From NCBI RefSeq assembly GCF_963921235.1, contig NC_086109.1, positions 24,244,001-24,308,000 of the forward strand: a DNA stretch of 64,000 nucleotides, read 5' to 3'. The translations under genes and the position numbers were made by a program. The notes under the pieces were generated by a model. It saw only the letters and a program-made list of their open reading frames with translations. It did not search any database and was not told the origin of the DNA. Shown piece by piece: positions 39,753 through 52,886 of this stretch. Position 1 is the stretch's first letter. The number at the start of each line of letters is the position of its first letter. This stretch comes from Mobula hypostoma (Eukaryota).

Positions 39753-39869
39753 AAAGGATGCACCAATGGGATATGACGCAGGGAAACAGGGGTAAGGAAA
39801 CGATCGTGCGAAAGGAAGAATCAGAGGTGTGAACCTTGCCTGACTTCTGTTGTTGGTTTTATCATAGAA

Positions 39870-41000
39870 TCACTGATAAAAGCAATGATCTCAGTGGGCA
39901 CATGTAACTTCTACAAAATACTTCCCAGATTGTGGTAAAGCCAGAAACTAATGCCCATTCTCATTACCCCAAGTAGGATTTGGTAATTAATCATGAAATC
40001 ATGTCAATTATGAGTGAGTTAAACAGGGAATAGAGACTAATAACAGCAGGATTAAAAGTGAGGGGAGTGTATAGGCCCCAGGTAGCAACTGTAAAGTGGA
40101 AGAATATATAAATACAGAAATTAGAAATGCCTGTCACAATGGTAGAATGATCTTAATAAATGATTTTAATTCCATTTTTGTTGTGATGGGCTGACTATCT
40201 CATTGTCTGCGAGACAGTGAAAATCTAGAGTATGTTCAGGGTGCAAAAATAAGTTCTTGAATTAAAAGGCAGTAGGCTATATTAGATTTAATAATGAGTA
40301 ATGAGTAAGGTTTATTTAAACAGCCTGAAGGTACATGAGCACTTCTCTAAAATTGATTGAAATATGACCGAGTTCAGGGCAGGAAGGAACATTAAACATT
40401 AAAGGTGACTTTACTGAATTTTTGTAGAGGCAAAAATTGTTCATGGCAAACTTGGCAAATCTGCTCAAAAGACAATTGAATGTGATACAAATCATTTTAT
40501 AACCCTGAGGGGCAAAATATCTGCTTGCCAAAAAAAGTATGCACCGACATGTTTCAAGGTAAGGGGCAACATAATCTTTGAAAAGGCACAAAAAACAGCA
40601 AGAACTGTCACAGATTCTAAAGGATGGAAGAATGGCAAAAAGAAAGCAAATCAGTTAGGAAAACGTTGATAAAGAAACTTCCAAATGATTTGAAAATCAA
40701 TTTAAAATGTTAACAATGAGCTAAAAGAGGGCAGCTGGGTGCAGTATGGATTTTTTATAAATTTTTAACAGTTATCCTGTAAAGGAAAATAAAAAAGGTT
40801 GAAAAAAATAGAATGATTACTTTGTTTCAATATTTACATTTGAGAAAGAGGATAGTATCTCAAGAATGCTGTATAGAAGCTGAGAGACGATAACTAATGT
40901 CAACTAAATAGCAGAGACGATTAAAGTAATGGAACTCAGGATGACAAATCACCTCAAGTGATTTTCAGGCCAAGGAAAGAGGCATGCTTTATAAATAATA
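39870..41000 (+). mobile_element. Old CR1 endonuclease-region remnant
   Basis: Traces of VYRP, DFN and ILDLIMSNE motifs. Confidence 0.5.
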
Positions 41001-43439
41001 AAAAAAGATAAAAGTTGTGGAGGACCAATGAGACTCTGGGGCCCGTAGAATATAAACTGAGACATCAGGAAAGGGAGCAGAATTAGGCCATATTGGCCAT
41101 TGAATCTGGTGTGTCATTGGATCAGTTACCAAGATCCGGACTTCAGGCTTCAGTTCCATTCCACTCTCCTGTTTGATCTCTATCACACTTGATTCCTCAA
41201 TAGTTAAAAGATTTAGATACATCAAACTTAAATAATGGCTCCTCATCCTCAGATCTCCGCTCCGAAGATTCATAACCCACTGATGAAAAAATTCCCCCTC
41301 ATCTCTCTCTCTTAAGTGGCTGCCTCCTTATCCTAAGACTATGCCTAGTAACTCTAGAGTCTCCTACCAAGGGAAATTATATTAATAGCATTCATTTGTT
41401 CAAGTTCTCTCAGAACTTTACATATTGAAATGAGATTATTTCCAATTCATCTGGACTGCACAGCATACTGCCCTATTCTTCTTCATCTTTATACAGCCAT
41501 CAGTCTGGTGAATATTGGTTGCTTCTTCTCAAATAGATTGGAATGGTGAAGAAAAATAACCAAAAAGACAAATGGATTAATAGAGGGAATGTGCTAGGTT
41601 ATAGCTATGCAAACCCCACTTAGACAGGAGCATAACAAAGCAATTGTGGACATTACACTCTGGACAACTGGAGGACAATGAGGATATTTTAAATGATATC
41701 TGCATGCAAGGAGCTGCACAAATTTGTTTGTAGAATTTAGATTTATGGATGATTTGATTGAAGTTTGTAAGACAGCAAAGTGAAATCACAGGGCAGACAG
41801 AGCAAAGCTAGTGTTTTGGTTGGGGAATTTGTGTCTTGGGGCTTGGTTAGGTCTTTCAGATTGAAACGAGAACACAATGGTAGAAGCTTGCAACTCCCTC
41901 CCACAAGTGAAGATTAATGTTTGGAAAATTGTTAATTTTACATCTAAAACTGATAATTTTTTGATAAACAAAGATAATGTTGAAAAGGTTTCCTGCCACT
42001 TATTATCTATGATTTTAAGTAGAGTGTGTGTGTTTGCGTGCACATGGGCTCTCTCCCTTTCAACTTTCTAACTTTATTTCTTACTTTGGAAGACTAAAAT
42101 GCACTTACGTTTTTATTCACATAAAAACACGTGCACACAAGTGCTCATTTTCAGACATAGCAGATATGTTCTCCTGCTATTTATCACCTTCTCTCATACA
42201 CATGAACCACTCTTCTTTCTCCTGTACAGACTGCTTCTCTTTCATGCTTTTGCTCATCCTCCCCAGTGAAGTTTTTCACTTTTCCTTATGTTATTTGTCT
42301 GCTCTCTATCAGTCTCCCAGCACCCAAACTCCATAAACAACACTGTTGGAAAGTCTTCCTGCAAAAGCTGGGAAACATCATCAACAATGAGCTAAGAAGC
42401 TCAAATCAATTATAACGGAGCCCAAACTACAAACACAGGTGAAATTAAACCTTCACAAACACTTCAAACAGCTGCAGCGCTATGACAATAGCTCTCTCTG
42501 TTTACATTAAATATCTTTTTAAACCAGAAGGAACACGACATCATTATAAACAGCATTTTTCACTTTTTACATTACTGCGTGTTTAGTGAATGACTAACTG
42601 GTGGTGTCGTGGTAACTGAGAGAAAAACAATGATTACAGAGGTCGACAGGACCCCAAGAGAAGCAGAGAACAGTTAGACTGAACAGGCAGTGCGTGGAAT
42701 TATAAGGAGGGTGGAGTGAGAGAGGAAGGGTGGCAGGGGGAGTAGAATTATGTGTAGAACAAGGAGTTGTGCTTACTAAATAGTAGTGTTACATAGGGAA
42801 TTGTATGTATTAGACAGAAAGTTGTGCATACTGAACAGTGGGTTATGTAGGGAACAGTGCACATTGCACAGTGCATTAACACAGAACTGTGCATATTTAA
42901 GTGCACTGTTGCACAGGGATCTATGCCTATTGAAGTGTGTTGCAGAGGGAGTTTTGCATATTTAACAGTGTCTTCTACAGAGACAAAATGGCAATAGGAA
43001 AATGCTGAAGATACTTAGCAGGTCAGGCAACATCTTTGGAGAAAGAAATAGAGTTAACATCTGAGTTTGATGACATTACCTCAGAACTGTAAAACACAGC
43101 CAGCAAGAATGTTTTAAGTTTGCAGTAGATGGGTTTAAAGATAAAGAGTAGTTTTATTTGTCACATGTACATTGAAACAATGAAACACAGAGTGAAATGC
43201 ATCATTTGCCTGAACTGGTTCGATGATTTGTGGTCTTTTTTTTTGTATTCTGTGTTTTTTCACTTTTTTTTTGGCTGTTTGTGCAATTTGTTCCTTTTTT
43301 ATGTGTGTTGCGGGGCGGGGGGGGGTTCATGTTTTTCTCTGAATTGGTTCCATGGTTTTCTTCCTCTGCTTCATGTCTGTTTGTGAGAAGATGAACCTCA
43401 GGGTTGTATAATTTGATTATGAGCGTACTTTGTATCCTT

Positions 43440-43700
43440 GAAAACAAATCAGCAAGGACTGCGCTGGGGTCCGCATGCAAACGTTGCCACGCTTCTGGTG
43501 CAGTCATAGCATGCCCACAACTAACCTTACCAATAAGGCTTTGGAAAGTGCGAGGAAACCAGAGCACTTGGAGGAAACCCACCCTGTCATGGGGAGAACT
43601 TACAAACTCCTTACAGGCAATGGGGGGAATTGAACCCCGATCGGTGATTGCTGTCACTGTAAAGCGTTGGGCAAACTGCTAAGCTGACGTGCTGTCCCAA
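43440..43700 (-). mobile_element. V-SINE-like SINE
   Basis: gaggaaaccagagcacttggaggaaaccca core. Confidence 0.7.
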
Positions 43701-43839
43701 CACTCTATGGTTTAGAGTAACAAAAAAGAATGTCTGTGTTAGGGTGGAGACCAAGACTGTCCACATGCTACAACAACTCCTCACTGGTATCTAGAGAGAG
43801 TGATGTATGCCTGTTAATTAAAACTAATTGACCTGCATT

Positions 43840-44930
43840 GAGTATCTATGGCATATTTCATTATTTTAATTCCAGATTTCCTGCATCAGTAGTATTTTGC
43901 TATTGCAGTGCAAAAACATAACATTACTATAAATTACAAAATAAATAAATAGTGCAAAACAAAAGGATTAATAAAGTAGTGATGATGGAGGGGTAGAAGC
44001 TGTTCCCGAATCGTTAAGCATGGGTCTTCAGGCTCCTGTGCCTCCTTCATGGTGGTAGTAATGAGAAGAGAGCTCTGAATGATGGATATTACTTCCTTGA
44101 GGCACTGCCTCTTGGAATTGTTCTCAATGGTGGGGAGTGTTGTGCCTGTAATGGAGCCCGTTGAGTCTACCGCCTTCTGCAGCCACTTGTGATCCGGTTC
44201 ATTGGTGGCTCCATTCCAACCAGTCACTGTACATCTATATAAGTTTGCAAGTGTCTTCAGTGACTCACTAAACCTCTGCAATTTCCGAATGAATTAACAC
44301 CATTTCATGTCTTCTTCACGATTTTATCAATGTGCTGGCCACAGGACAACTCCTCAGGGTGTTGACACTCAGGAACTAGAAAAGGGCTTCCCAACCTGGG
44401 GGTCCACCGTCCCCTTGCTTAATGGTATTAGTCCGTGGCATAAAAGAACACTTTGGGGATCCCTGAAGTAAAAGCTGCTCACCCTTTCTTCCACTGTCCC
44501 TTCAGTGAGGATTGGTGCTCTCCTGACTTCCCCTCCCTGAAATCTACAATCAATTCCTGGCTCTTCCTGATGTTGACTGCTAGGTTGTTGTTGCAATATC
44601 ACTTAACCAGGTGATCTATCTCACTTGTGTATGCCTCCTGGTTCCTATCTGAGATTTTACCAATAGCAGATTTGGAGGGGTCATCTGCAAATTTGTGAAA
44701 GGCATTTTAGCTCTGCTTAGCCACACAGTTGTAAGTGTAGAAAGAGTAGAGCAGTGGCTAAGCATGTATCTCTGAGGTACACCTGTATTGACTGAAAGCG
44801 AGGAGAAGATGTAATCACCGATCCACACTGACTGTGGTCTCCTGATGAGGAAGTTGAGGATCCAGTTGCAGAGGGAGGTACAAAGGCTCAAGGAACAGAG
44901 TGGAAGGACTGATTGTGACCCTGAATGGTG
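43840..44930 (-). mobile_element. Rex1/Babar LINE fragment (RT to 3' end) carrying a hAT MITE at 44382-44465
   Basis: ORFs 44616..44960 (LCNWILNFL..RPQSV..NTGVPQ) and 43934..44281 (LANLYRCT). Confidence 0.85.
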
Positions 44931-45029
44931 GTGAGGAAGGAGGTGTGGCACTTGTCCCACTTGCAGGGAAAAATGACAGAAGGAAGATCTATGATGAGGG
45001 ATAAGTAGATAAGGGAGTCATGTAGAGAA

Positions 45030-45910
45030 GTTCAAAGTTCAAAGTAAAATTTATTATCAGAGTACATAAATGTCACCACATACAACCCTGTGATTCTTTT
45101 TCTACGGGCACACTTAAATCTATAAAACAGTAATTGTAAACAGGATCAATAAACTATGCAAATGCAAATATAAATAAATAGCAATAAATAAGAGCATGAA
45201 ATAACCAGATAAAGAGCCCTTAAAGTGAGATCATTGGTTGTGGGAATGCCAGAAATAGAATGAGTGTTATCCACTTTTGTTCAAGAGCCTGATGATTGAG
45301 GGGTAGTAACTGTTTTTGAACCTGATGATGTGAGTCCTGAGGCACTTGTATCTTCTACCTGATGGATCTTTGATGATAGATGCTGCTTTTCTATGGCAAC
45401 CTTTCATGTAAGTGTGCTCAATGGTTGAGAGGGCTTTACCTACGATGTACTGGGCTGAAACCACCATCTTTTGTAGTATTGTCCACTCAAAGGCATTGGT
45501 GTTCACATACCAGGTCGTAATGCAACCAGTCAGCACACTTTCCACCACACATCTATAGAAGTTTGCCAAGTTTTTGATGACGTGCCGAATGTCCAGAGAC
45601 TCCTGAGGAAATAGAGGCACTGTTGTGCCTTCTTTACAATTATATTTATATGATAGGTCCAGGACAGGTCCTCTGAGATACTGACACCCAGGAATTTAAA
45701 GTTACTGACGCTCTCCACCTCTGATCCTCCAGTGATTACTGGCTCATGAACCTCTGGTTTCCCTCTCCTGAAGTCTACATCAGTTCCTTGGTCTTATTGA
45801 CATTGAGTGAGAGGTTGTTGTTATGACACCACTCCGCCAATTTTTCAAGCTCCCTCCTGTATGCTGATTCATCACCATCTTTGACATAGCCCACAACAGT
45901 GGTGTCATCA
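45030..45910 (-). mobile_element. Rex1/Babar LINE 3' fragment inserted in a Penelope-like fragment (44950-46010)
   Basis: ORFs 45530..45718 (FKFLGVSISEDLSW..KKAQQCLYFLR) and 45267..45620 (FYRCVVESVLTGCITTWY). Confidence 0.88.
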
Positions 45911-48900
45911 GAGAGCAATCCCTGTGGAAAGCAGAAGGGGAGGGAAAGATGTGCTTAGTGGTAAGATCCTATTGGACATGGTGAAAGTTATGGAGAAGAT
46001 TTGTTGGATATGGTTACACCTCCTTTCAAGTGCCTGAGAGTCTTTTAATATGTCTGAAGTGCACTCACTGATGTATGAAATACAGCAGCTAATTTACTCA
46101 GTGCAAACTCCCACAAACTGCAATGTGTTGACTCTCTATAAATCTACTTAAGTAATAGTGATTAGGTAATGGCACCTGTGAAGGTAGGAGCACTGATTGC
46201 ATATTCCAGTTTCAAAAGAATTGAATTTGAACCCAATACCATTCAGCTTAGATTGCATCCATGTGAGCCACTGATGATATAAATCTTTAAGGGCAGAGGT
46301 GGCCTCATTTCTTTGAAACAAGGGATTATGATCAGGATCAGATTTCTTCGCAGCTTTTCCATTCCACATCTAAATGGATCAAGGTCATTTGCCTTATCAC
46401 AGGTCTTGCTTTATTCCTGATGCCTCATCCTGTATAATATCACTAACATAGAACTATGTCAATAGCTTCAATAAAGGTCCATGTAAAACCCTTCTTCATT
46501 TGGTTCCTAGCCCACAATAGTATCACTATTATTATTACTAGAAATAGCAGGGACCACTTTAAAGATGGAACAAAGGTCCTGCCAATTCTGGTCACTTTTC
46601 TATCTTTGTCTTCGCCGGGATCCAAAGGGACTGTTTCCAATTTAATTCATTCAGCATGCTTAAAATTAGATTCAGACAAATTTTATTTCCTCTATCATCT
46701 AATTTTCTTATTTGCCCTCCCAAGGGATCAGGAGTGAAATTAATAGAGGTCTCTACGCAGCAGCTGCATCAAAAATTCACCTTTTGAAACCTGCAAATAA
46801 GAGAAATGCTACCAAGTTGTGACGTTCAAGGAACATGGATACAAGGCCATACAAATCCCATGGACACAAGAAGGAGCATAAACATAGACCTTTATGAGAA
46901 CCTTGGATAGAGGTCTCCACAAGTATTTAAAGATCATTCAACGAGGAGAAGGCATTCCTTTATTCTTGGCCTAATGATAACAATAGGTTTTAGTTGCACA
47001 AGTTCTAGTGATGACGACTGGTTATCCAGCATGAAAGCTTCAGAACTGTAGCTGGTATGACAGAAGGTGGAGCCCTATTGGTTTCTTACCTGTCTTATGC
47101 CAGGTTTTGGGGTGCACTACTGCCTACCATTCATTACCTGATCTGAAGCTGGCAGCTTGTCCCAGACTGAGAAAAGAAAAGCAGGAATAGCTTTGTTCTT
47201 TTCTTGATAGCTACTCATTCATCCCGCGTACAGTTCGGGTGGATTCCACAGTACAATTCAAAGAAGAGCATCTATTACTCGGTCAACGTCGCCAGCAAAT
47301 GGGTTCATTTGCCAGTTGTTTCATGTGGGATCCTGCTCTGCATAAGCGGCTGTCAGATTTGTTTATTCAACCACTGCATTTCAAAGGTGAACCAATGTGT
47401 GATGTGTGGAGGAATTTCACTGCAGCCAGCTTTATTCTACAAAGAAAAATGGCGTGAAGGGAAAGGACACGAGCTCAAAATGCAGCACTGAATTCAGAAA
47501 GTATCTAAATGGAATTTTTTAAAAAACACCACACTAGAAGGCAAGTGAGGTGATAAGAAGATGAAATGCACTGAAGGGGGAAGCCTGGGTGAAGGAGAAA
47601 AGATTTTTTTTAAAGATCAGAGGCAGGAAATAGAACCATAAAGGATGACACTAATCAAGTGAGAGAGGGAAAGAGACAGCAATTGAGGCAGACAAAAAGG
47701 GAGAGGGTGCTGATAGAGAAAGACTGGAATAGCGTCAGCTGGTGATGAAAACAGAGAAAAAGCATGAGGGAGCAACAGAACAGAGAAAGTGAGTGATAAT
47801 TGAAAATGAGGAGGAGAAAGAGGAAGGAATTAAGTGAGAGGCAAGGTGTAAGGCTTTAAGTGAACTTAAAAGTTTTAAGATATTATCACACTGCCATAAA
47901 CTGCACACACTTTCTATAGACATTTTGCATTGATCTTTTCTTTGCTCTTGTTCTCTTACTGCTCTCAGCGCTCCATCTGTCTGCTTCTAACATGTTTATG
48001 TCAGTTTCGTTCTCCTTCTCTTGGATTCTAACATACTCATTTATGTTAGCTTTCCTATTTCACTCACTCTTAAATATCTCTCTGTCTGTCTCATTTTTTC
48101 TATCTCCCTCTCTCGTTAATTCATGTTCATGGACACTAAATTTGGATCCAATCCAGGAGCAAGTCACCTGAGGGAAAAGGCAATATTAATTCTGATTTAA
48201 TCAGAATTAACTAACTTCCCTCCGTACCCAGCAATACATTTCCATCCAAATTAGAGCTGATTGAATCGGAATTAGAAAGTATTATGGAAATGGGGCTTGA
48301 GACTCAAATTTGACAGAAACCAACTTCATTTACAGATACAAAAAGCAATTTAACACAATTTTCTGATTACCATAAGTTTCCTAATCACCTTCACAGATCA
48401 GAAGAGTTCATGTGGGAATATAGAGGCTTGTTCTTGTTGCGGGGACTCTGGGTCACCTGACATTCATCTCTAAAAACAAGGGCAAAGGAAGAACCAACAT
48501 CAGACTATGCATGAAACAGGAACATTTTTAACCCTTTAGGTTCTTAACCATTCAGGTTAGGTTCCTCCAATTTTTTTCTCCTCTCAAACAAAATTTTGTT
48601 TCTTAGATGGGAATAAGTAACTTCCAACTAAAATCGTCATTAGCATGGAAAGAAAATGCAGCCATTGTCATTATGTTTAGCTACAGGAGAACAGCTATTG
48701 TATTCCGTGATGTCAAATGAACAATTAAGGTTTGAACTTCCCATCAAGAGGTCTCCTTCATTATATCCCTACCACTAACATTCTGCAAATAGGTCTCGCA
48801 CAAAGAAAAATCCATCCAGTTTAAATTTGTCAATTACCATCCAGCCTCAAACATTTCCATCCAGTCACCTACTGTCTGAAATGCTGGCAAATATTTCACC

Positions 48901-49879
48901 TTACTAGAGTGCTGTGCAACAGAAACAAAGTCAGTATTGGCACATATGAAAGAAGTGCAGATTTGGCCCTTAATTTGTGTTTAAACGATTGCTTCTCACT
49001 GGGACATCATTATAGCCATCTCACCAATGGGCCACTATCTCATGAGGTTAGAGAGAGGCTGCACCCCTTGCTCATGACTGCCATAAGTGAGAGATACCAA
49101 TTCAGCTGTGATTGCTCCAGCGATTATCAAGAAGACGCCACAATTTATTTGACAGATGTTTGAGTGATACCTAGACATGATCAGTGGAAGAAGTAGAGAT
49201 TGATGGAAACATTAAAATTTTTAAATCAAATGAAATACATTAGTAAAGCTTATATTTAATAACTAATACCAGCAATCCAAAATCTCCACATATTATGAAG
49301 ACATGCTGCTCTAAATTTTTATAAATGACAAAGTCAATCAGTCTAACCAAGTTGTGCCACTGCTTAAATTCTACATTAAACTTCATTTAACCTCATTGGA
49401 TCATCTTTCTGTTCCTGTTCTTCTTCACCAAACTCACCTATCTTAGGTTTAAGTGAATCAATGCAATTTGCCTCAACCACTCTTTGTGGACATTCTCACC
49501 TACGATGACCACCAGCCAAATGTAGCATCACTGATGCTGACAATTTCAGTCCAAGACAACAGTGGCCTAACTTGAAAATGTATCAAATTCCGATATCATC
49601 GCTAAGTCTATCTGCTGAAATTCCCTATCCAACAGAACAGTGAGAGAATCTTTATGTTTAGGACAACCAAAATTCAAGAAGTCAGCCCACTACGGCCTTC
49701 TCAAGGTCATTTAGGGATCAACAGTCAAAACTGGCTTTGCCAGTAACGGCAAAGAAATGAATTAAAGAAGACAGAATGAATAATGAAGAATAAAGTTATA
49801 TTAATCTTCCTTATATGTTGAGATTCCTCTTTGCAAGAAACATTGTTTATTCTATATAGAGCCCCCAAATAACTTTAAA

Positions 49880-50540
49880 GATATTAACATGTCACCTTTC
49901 AGATCTTTTCCTTTAGTAAAAAGAGCCTCTAATTGTTAAATCTAAGTGCAGGTGTCATCAGTTTTGTACTTTTTGTTTATTTATTTTCTATTCTGAAGAT
50001 TTCAATAGTGCATAACACTCTATGCATGCTTTATTTAATTTTAATATAACTTCCTTGTATTTGAAGACTATTGCTCTAAAAAGGATCCCAAGTGTTTGTT
50101 TTTGCCTCTTTATGGACCTATTAACCTACATTGCTAACTTAATAGTTTGTCACTCTGTAGCTTCAGATCCTCTTGCTCCCCTACTCCATTTAGTCTCATT
50201 TCTCCCCAGGGGTACGTGGCCTCATTATTCCTCCTACCAAAATGTGACACTTTGCTCTTCTCCAAATTGAAATTCATTTGCCAATTACACAGCCAATCTG
50301 CAAATTTATTAACACCATCCTGTACTTGTGTGATGCCCTTCTCAGTATTATCTATTTGCACCAATTCACTTCAGGATTCTGCCGCAGTATTTCCAATTTG
50401 CATGTCCTGATCATTACATGGTGAACAAGGATGGCCCCAGCATTAACCACTGTGGACCATCACTTCTCACCTTTCAACCCTTGACCTCTCAGTTCCTTTC
50501 CTTTTACTTTTTAGTTAGTTTTATATCTAGTTTGCTACTT
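49880..50540 (-). mobile_element. Old CR1 RT remnant
   Basis: ORF 50134..50364 WQMNFNLEKSKVSHFGR. Confidence 0.7.
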
Positions 50541-51379
50541 GTCATCTGAATCTATCATATGATCTGATCTTTTTACAATGTTCAAAATTCAAGATAGTTT
50601 ATTGTCATTCTTCGGTACACTTGTGTAAAGGAAAAAGAAATGATTGTTACTTCTGATCCGATGCAACATAAAAATCACTATAAACACAAAGAACACAATA
50701 AATATAAAAGCAATCCTATAAAACACAACGTACAAGTAACTGTTCTGTACTTAGACCAATTGTATATAACATAAAGTGATGCTTGGTGATACGTATGTAG
50801 TGCTGGTGAAGGGCGTTGAGTGGGTTAATAGGTGGAGGTGTTGATCAGCCTGATGACTTTGGGGAAATAACTGTTCTTGAATCGAGTGTTCTTAATGTGG
50901 ATGCAGCGTACCCTCTTCCTGATGGGAGTGGGACAACATTTGACAAGTATTTGTTGTCCGACTGTAAAATATTGAGTCACCAGGGGAAATTTTCAACTTC
51001 ACAATTTAGGCAGTGATGTAGCTGCAACACCTTTTGAAAACACACAATCTTAACCAGGCACCAAAGTTGACTGAAAACTCTGGAATAAACAAACCATCAG
51101 TTCCCTTATACAATTTGAGGTGGTGAAAGTGAAAGTTCCCTAACCGAATCATAGATGTTGTCATAATTAGTTTGTACTGATTATAGTCACTAACTGTATC
51201 ACTCATTCTCATTTACTTTTTCACTGCTTCCATGCCTTTTGCACTCTTTTCTCGCTTAATACCTCACTCGTGCTTTCCCGGCGGGCATCTCTCCACTTCA
51301 TTTTGTGGCATTCTGACTCTGTCCTTTGGGACATTCACCATTCTTTTCATCCTTTGTTTCTCGCTGATTCCATTACAAT

Positions 51380-51620
51380 GTCTGTTTATTTATTGAGATA
51401 CAGCACAAAGTAGGCTCTTCCAGCTGTTGAGCCGCACCCCACCCCCAGCAATCCCCCAATTTTAATGCTAGCCTAATCGTGAGATAATTTTCAAATAGCC
51501 AATCAAACACCCAGAGAAAACTGACGCAGTCATGGGGAGAACATACGAATGCCTTATAGACAGTGTCAGGAACTAGACCTGGGTTGCCTGTACTGTAGAT
51601 CATTGTGGCCCCCACAGCAG
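51380..51620 (-). mobile_element. V-SINE-like SINE (decayed)
   Basis: Homologous to the other copies. Confidence 0.6.
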
Positions 51621-52301
51621 TGTTCTGTGTCCTCTGAAACCTTTTGCTGCATTTAGATATTGACTGAATTTAGGTTTCATACAATGGAATTGATGAAGGA
51701 AAATGGAGATCAGGACTGAAAGGGAAAACTGAGCACTTGATGACTGGTGCAAGATCAGCCACCACAAACAGTTGCTTCCACTCAGCCCACTTGGTTCATT
51801 GACAAAAGGATGAAGTCAGCAATGTAATTGTCTTCTTGCAGTTGCAAGTGAAGCATTTACTGGAAGAGTCCCTTGATAGTTCAACTGCTGCGCAAGACCA
51901 GAAGATTGGATAGCAAGCTTCCGCAAGTTAACATGTGTACTTAAGAGCAGCCTCCCACACAGGGTGGAATTGACGCAACAGAATCTAAGCAGCAGCAAAA
52001 ATGAGCCACTAAACCTGATGCATCATTCAAAAGATCATTGCTTATCCTCCACCATATATTGGATCCCCACATGCCTAAGCCAAACATCTGTCAATTTCAC
52101 TCAAGCCAACTCAGAACCCTATTCTTCTAAGACCAGGTGAGTATAGCATTCTCCTAAATTCTCATCCAAGGATAATCTGCTCAGTTTTGGAATCAGTCAG
52201 GGGAATCTATGCTGCAATGTTGTGGAATAGGGACTAAAACAGAACGCAGAACTCAAAGAATACAAAGGTGTTTCAGATGGTGGTGAATATTGATAGCTCG
52301 G

Positions 52302-52800
52302 GTTGAAGTGTTTGCCGAGCTTAGCCATTAGCTTGCATTGTTTCGTCACCAGTCGAGGAGATGCCCTCAATGTGCAGCTTTTGGTGTTTCTCTCTGGGAG
52401 TACTTGTGTTTTAATACCCCCCCCCCTCCATTTGATTGCCTCAGTCCTGATTGGCTACCCCTGCAGTTGACCTTTGAATTCTATTGGCTCGCGTTTCTTT
52501 GGCTCTTAGGGGTTCGTAGATGGTGCCTATTTCGATATGTTTCTTATCCGTAAACAAGTTCTGTAAACATATTGAAATGGACATCTACGAACCACCAAGA
52601 GCCAAAGAAATGTGAACCAATAGAATTCAAAGGTTAGCTGAAGGTGTAGACAATCAAGACTGAGGCAAATGAACAGTGGGCTGTATAAAACACACGAGCA
52701 CTCCCAGAGAGAAACACCAACAACTGCACATTGCGGATGTCACCTCGACTGGTGATGAAATATTCGCAAGCTAATTGCCAAGCTCGGTGAATACCGCAAC
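52302..52800. mobile_element. Inverted pair of Penelope-like 3' ends forming a ~500-bp palindrome, inside a CR1 fragment
   Basis: Arms ~52302-52542 and ~52565-52800 are imperfect reverse complements; right arm encodes KHIEMDIYEPPR (Penelope ORF-end-like) followed by a decayed hammerhead core. Confidence 0.75.
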
Positions 52801-52886
52801 ATCAAACACAAGGGCGACCCTATAGAACAGAGGTAAGGAAGAATACCTTTAGTAAGGGAATGATGAAACTGTGGAATTCCTTGTCA

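Noticed and set aside
47540..48120. Adjacent purine-rich and pyrimidine-rich tracts as a possible inverted repeat
   Set aside because: Compositional complementarity only; no alignable arms seen
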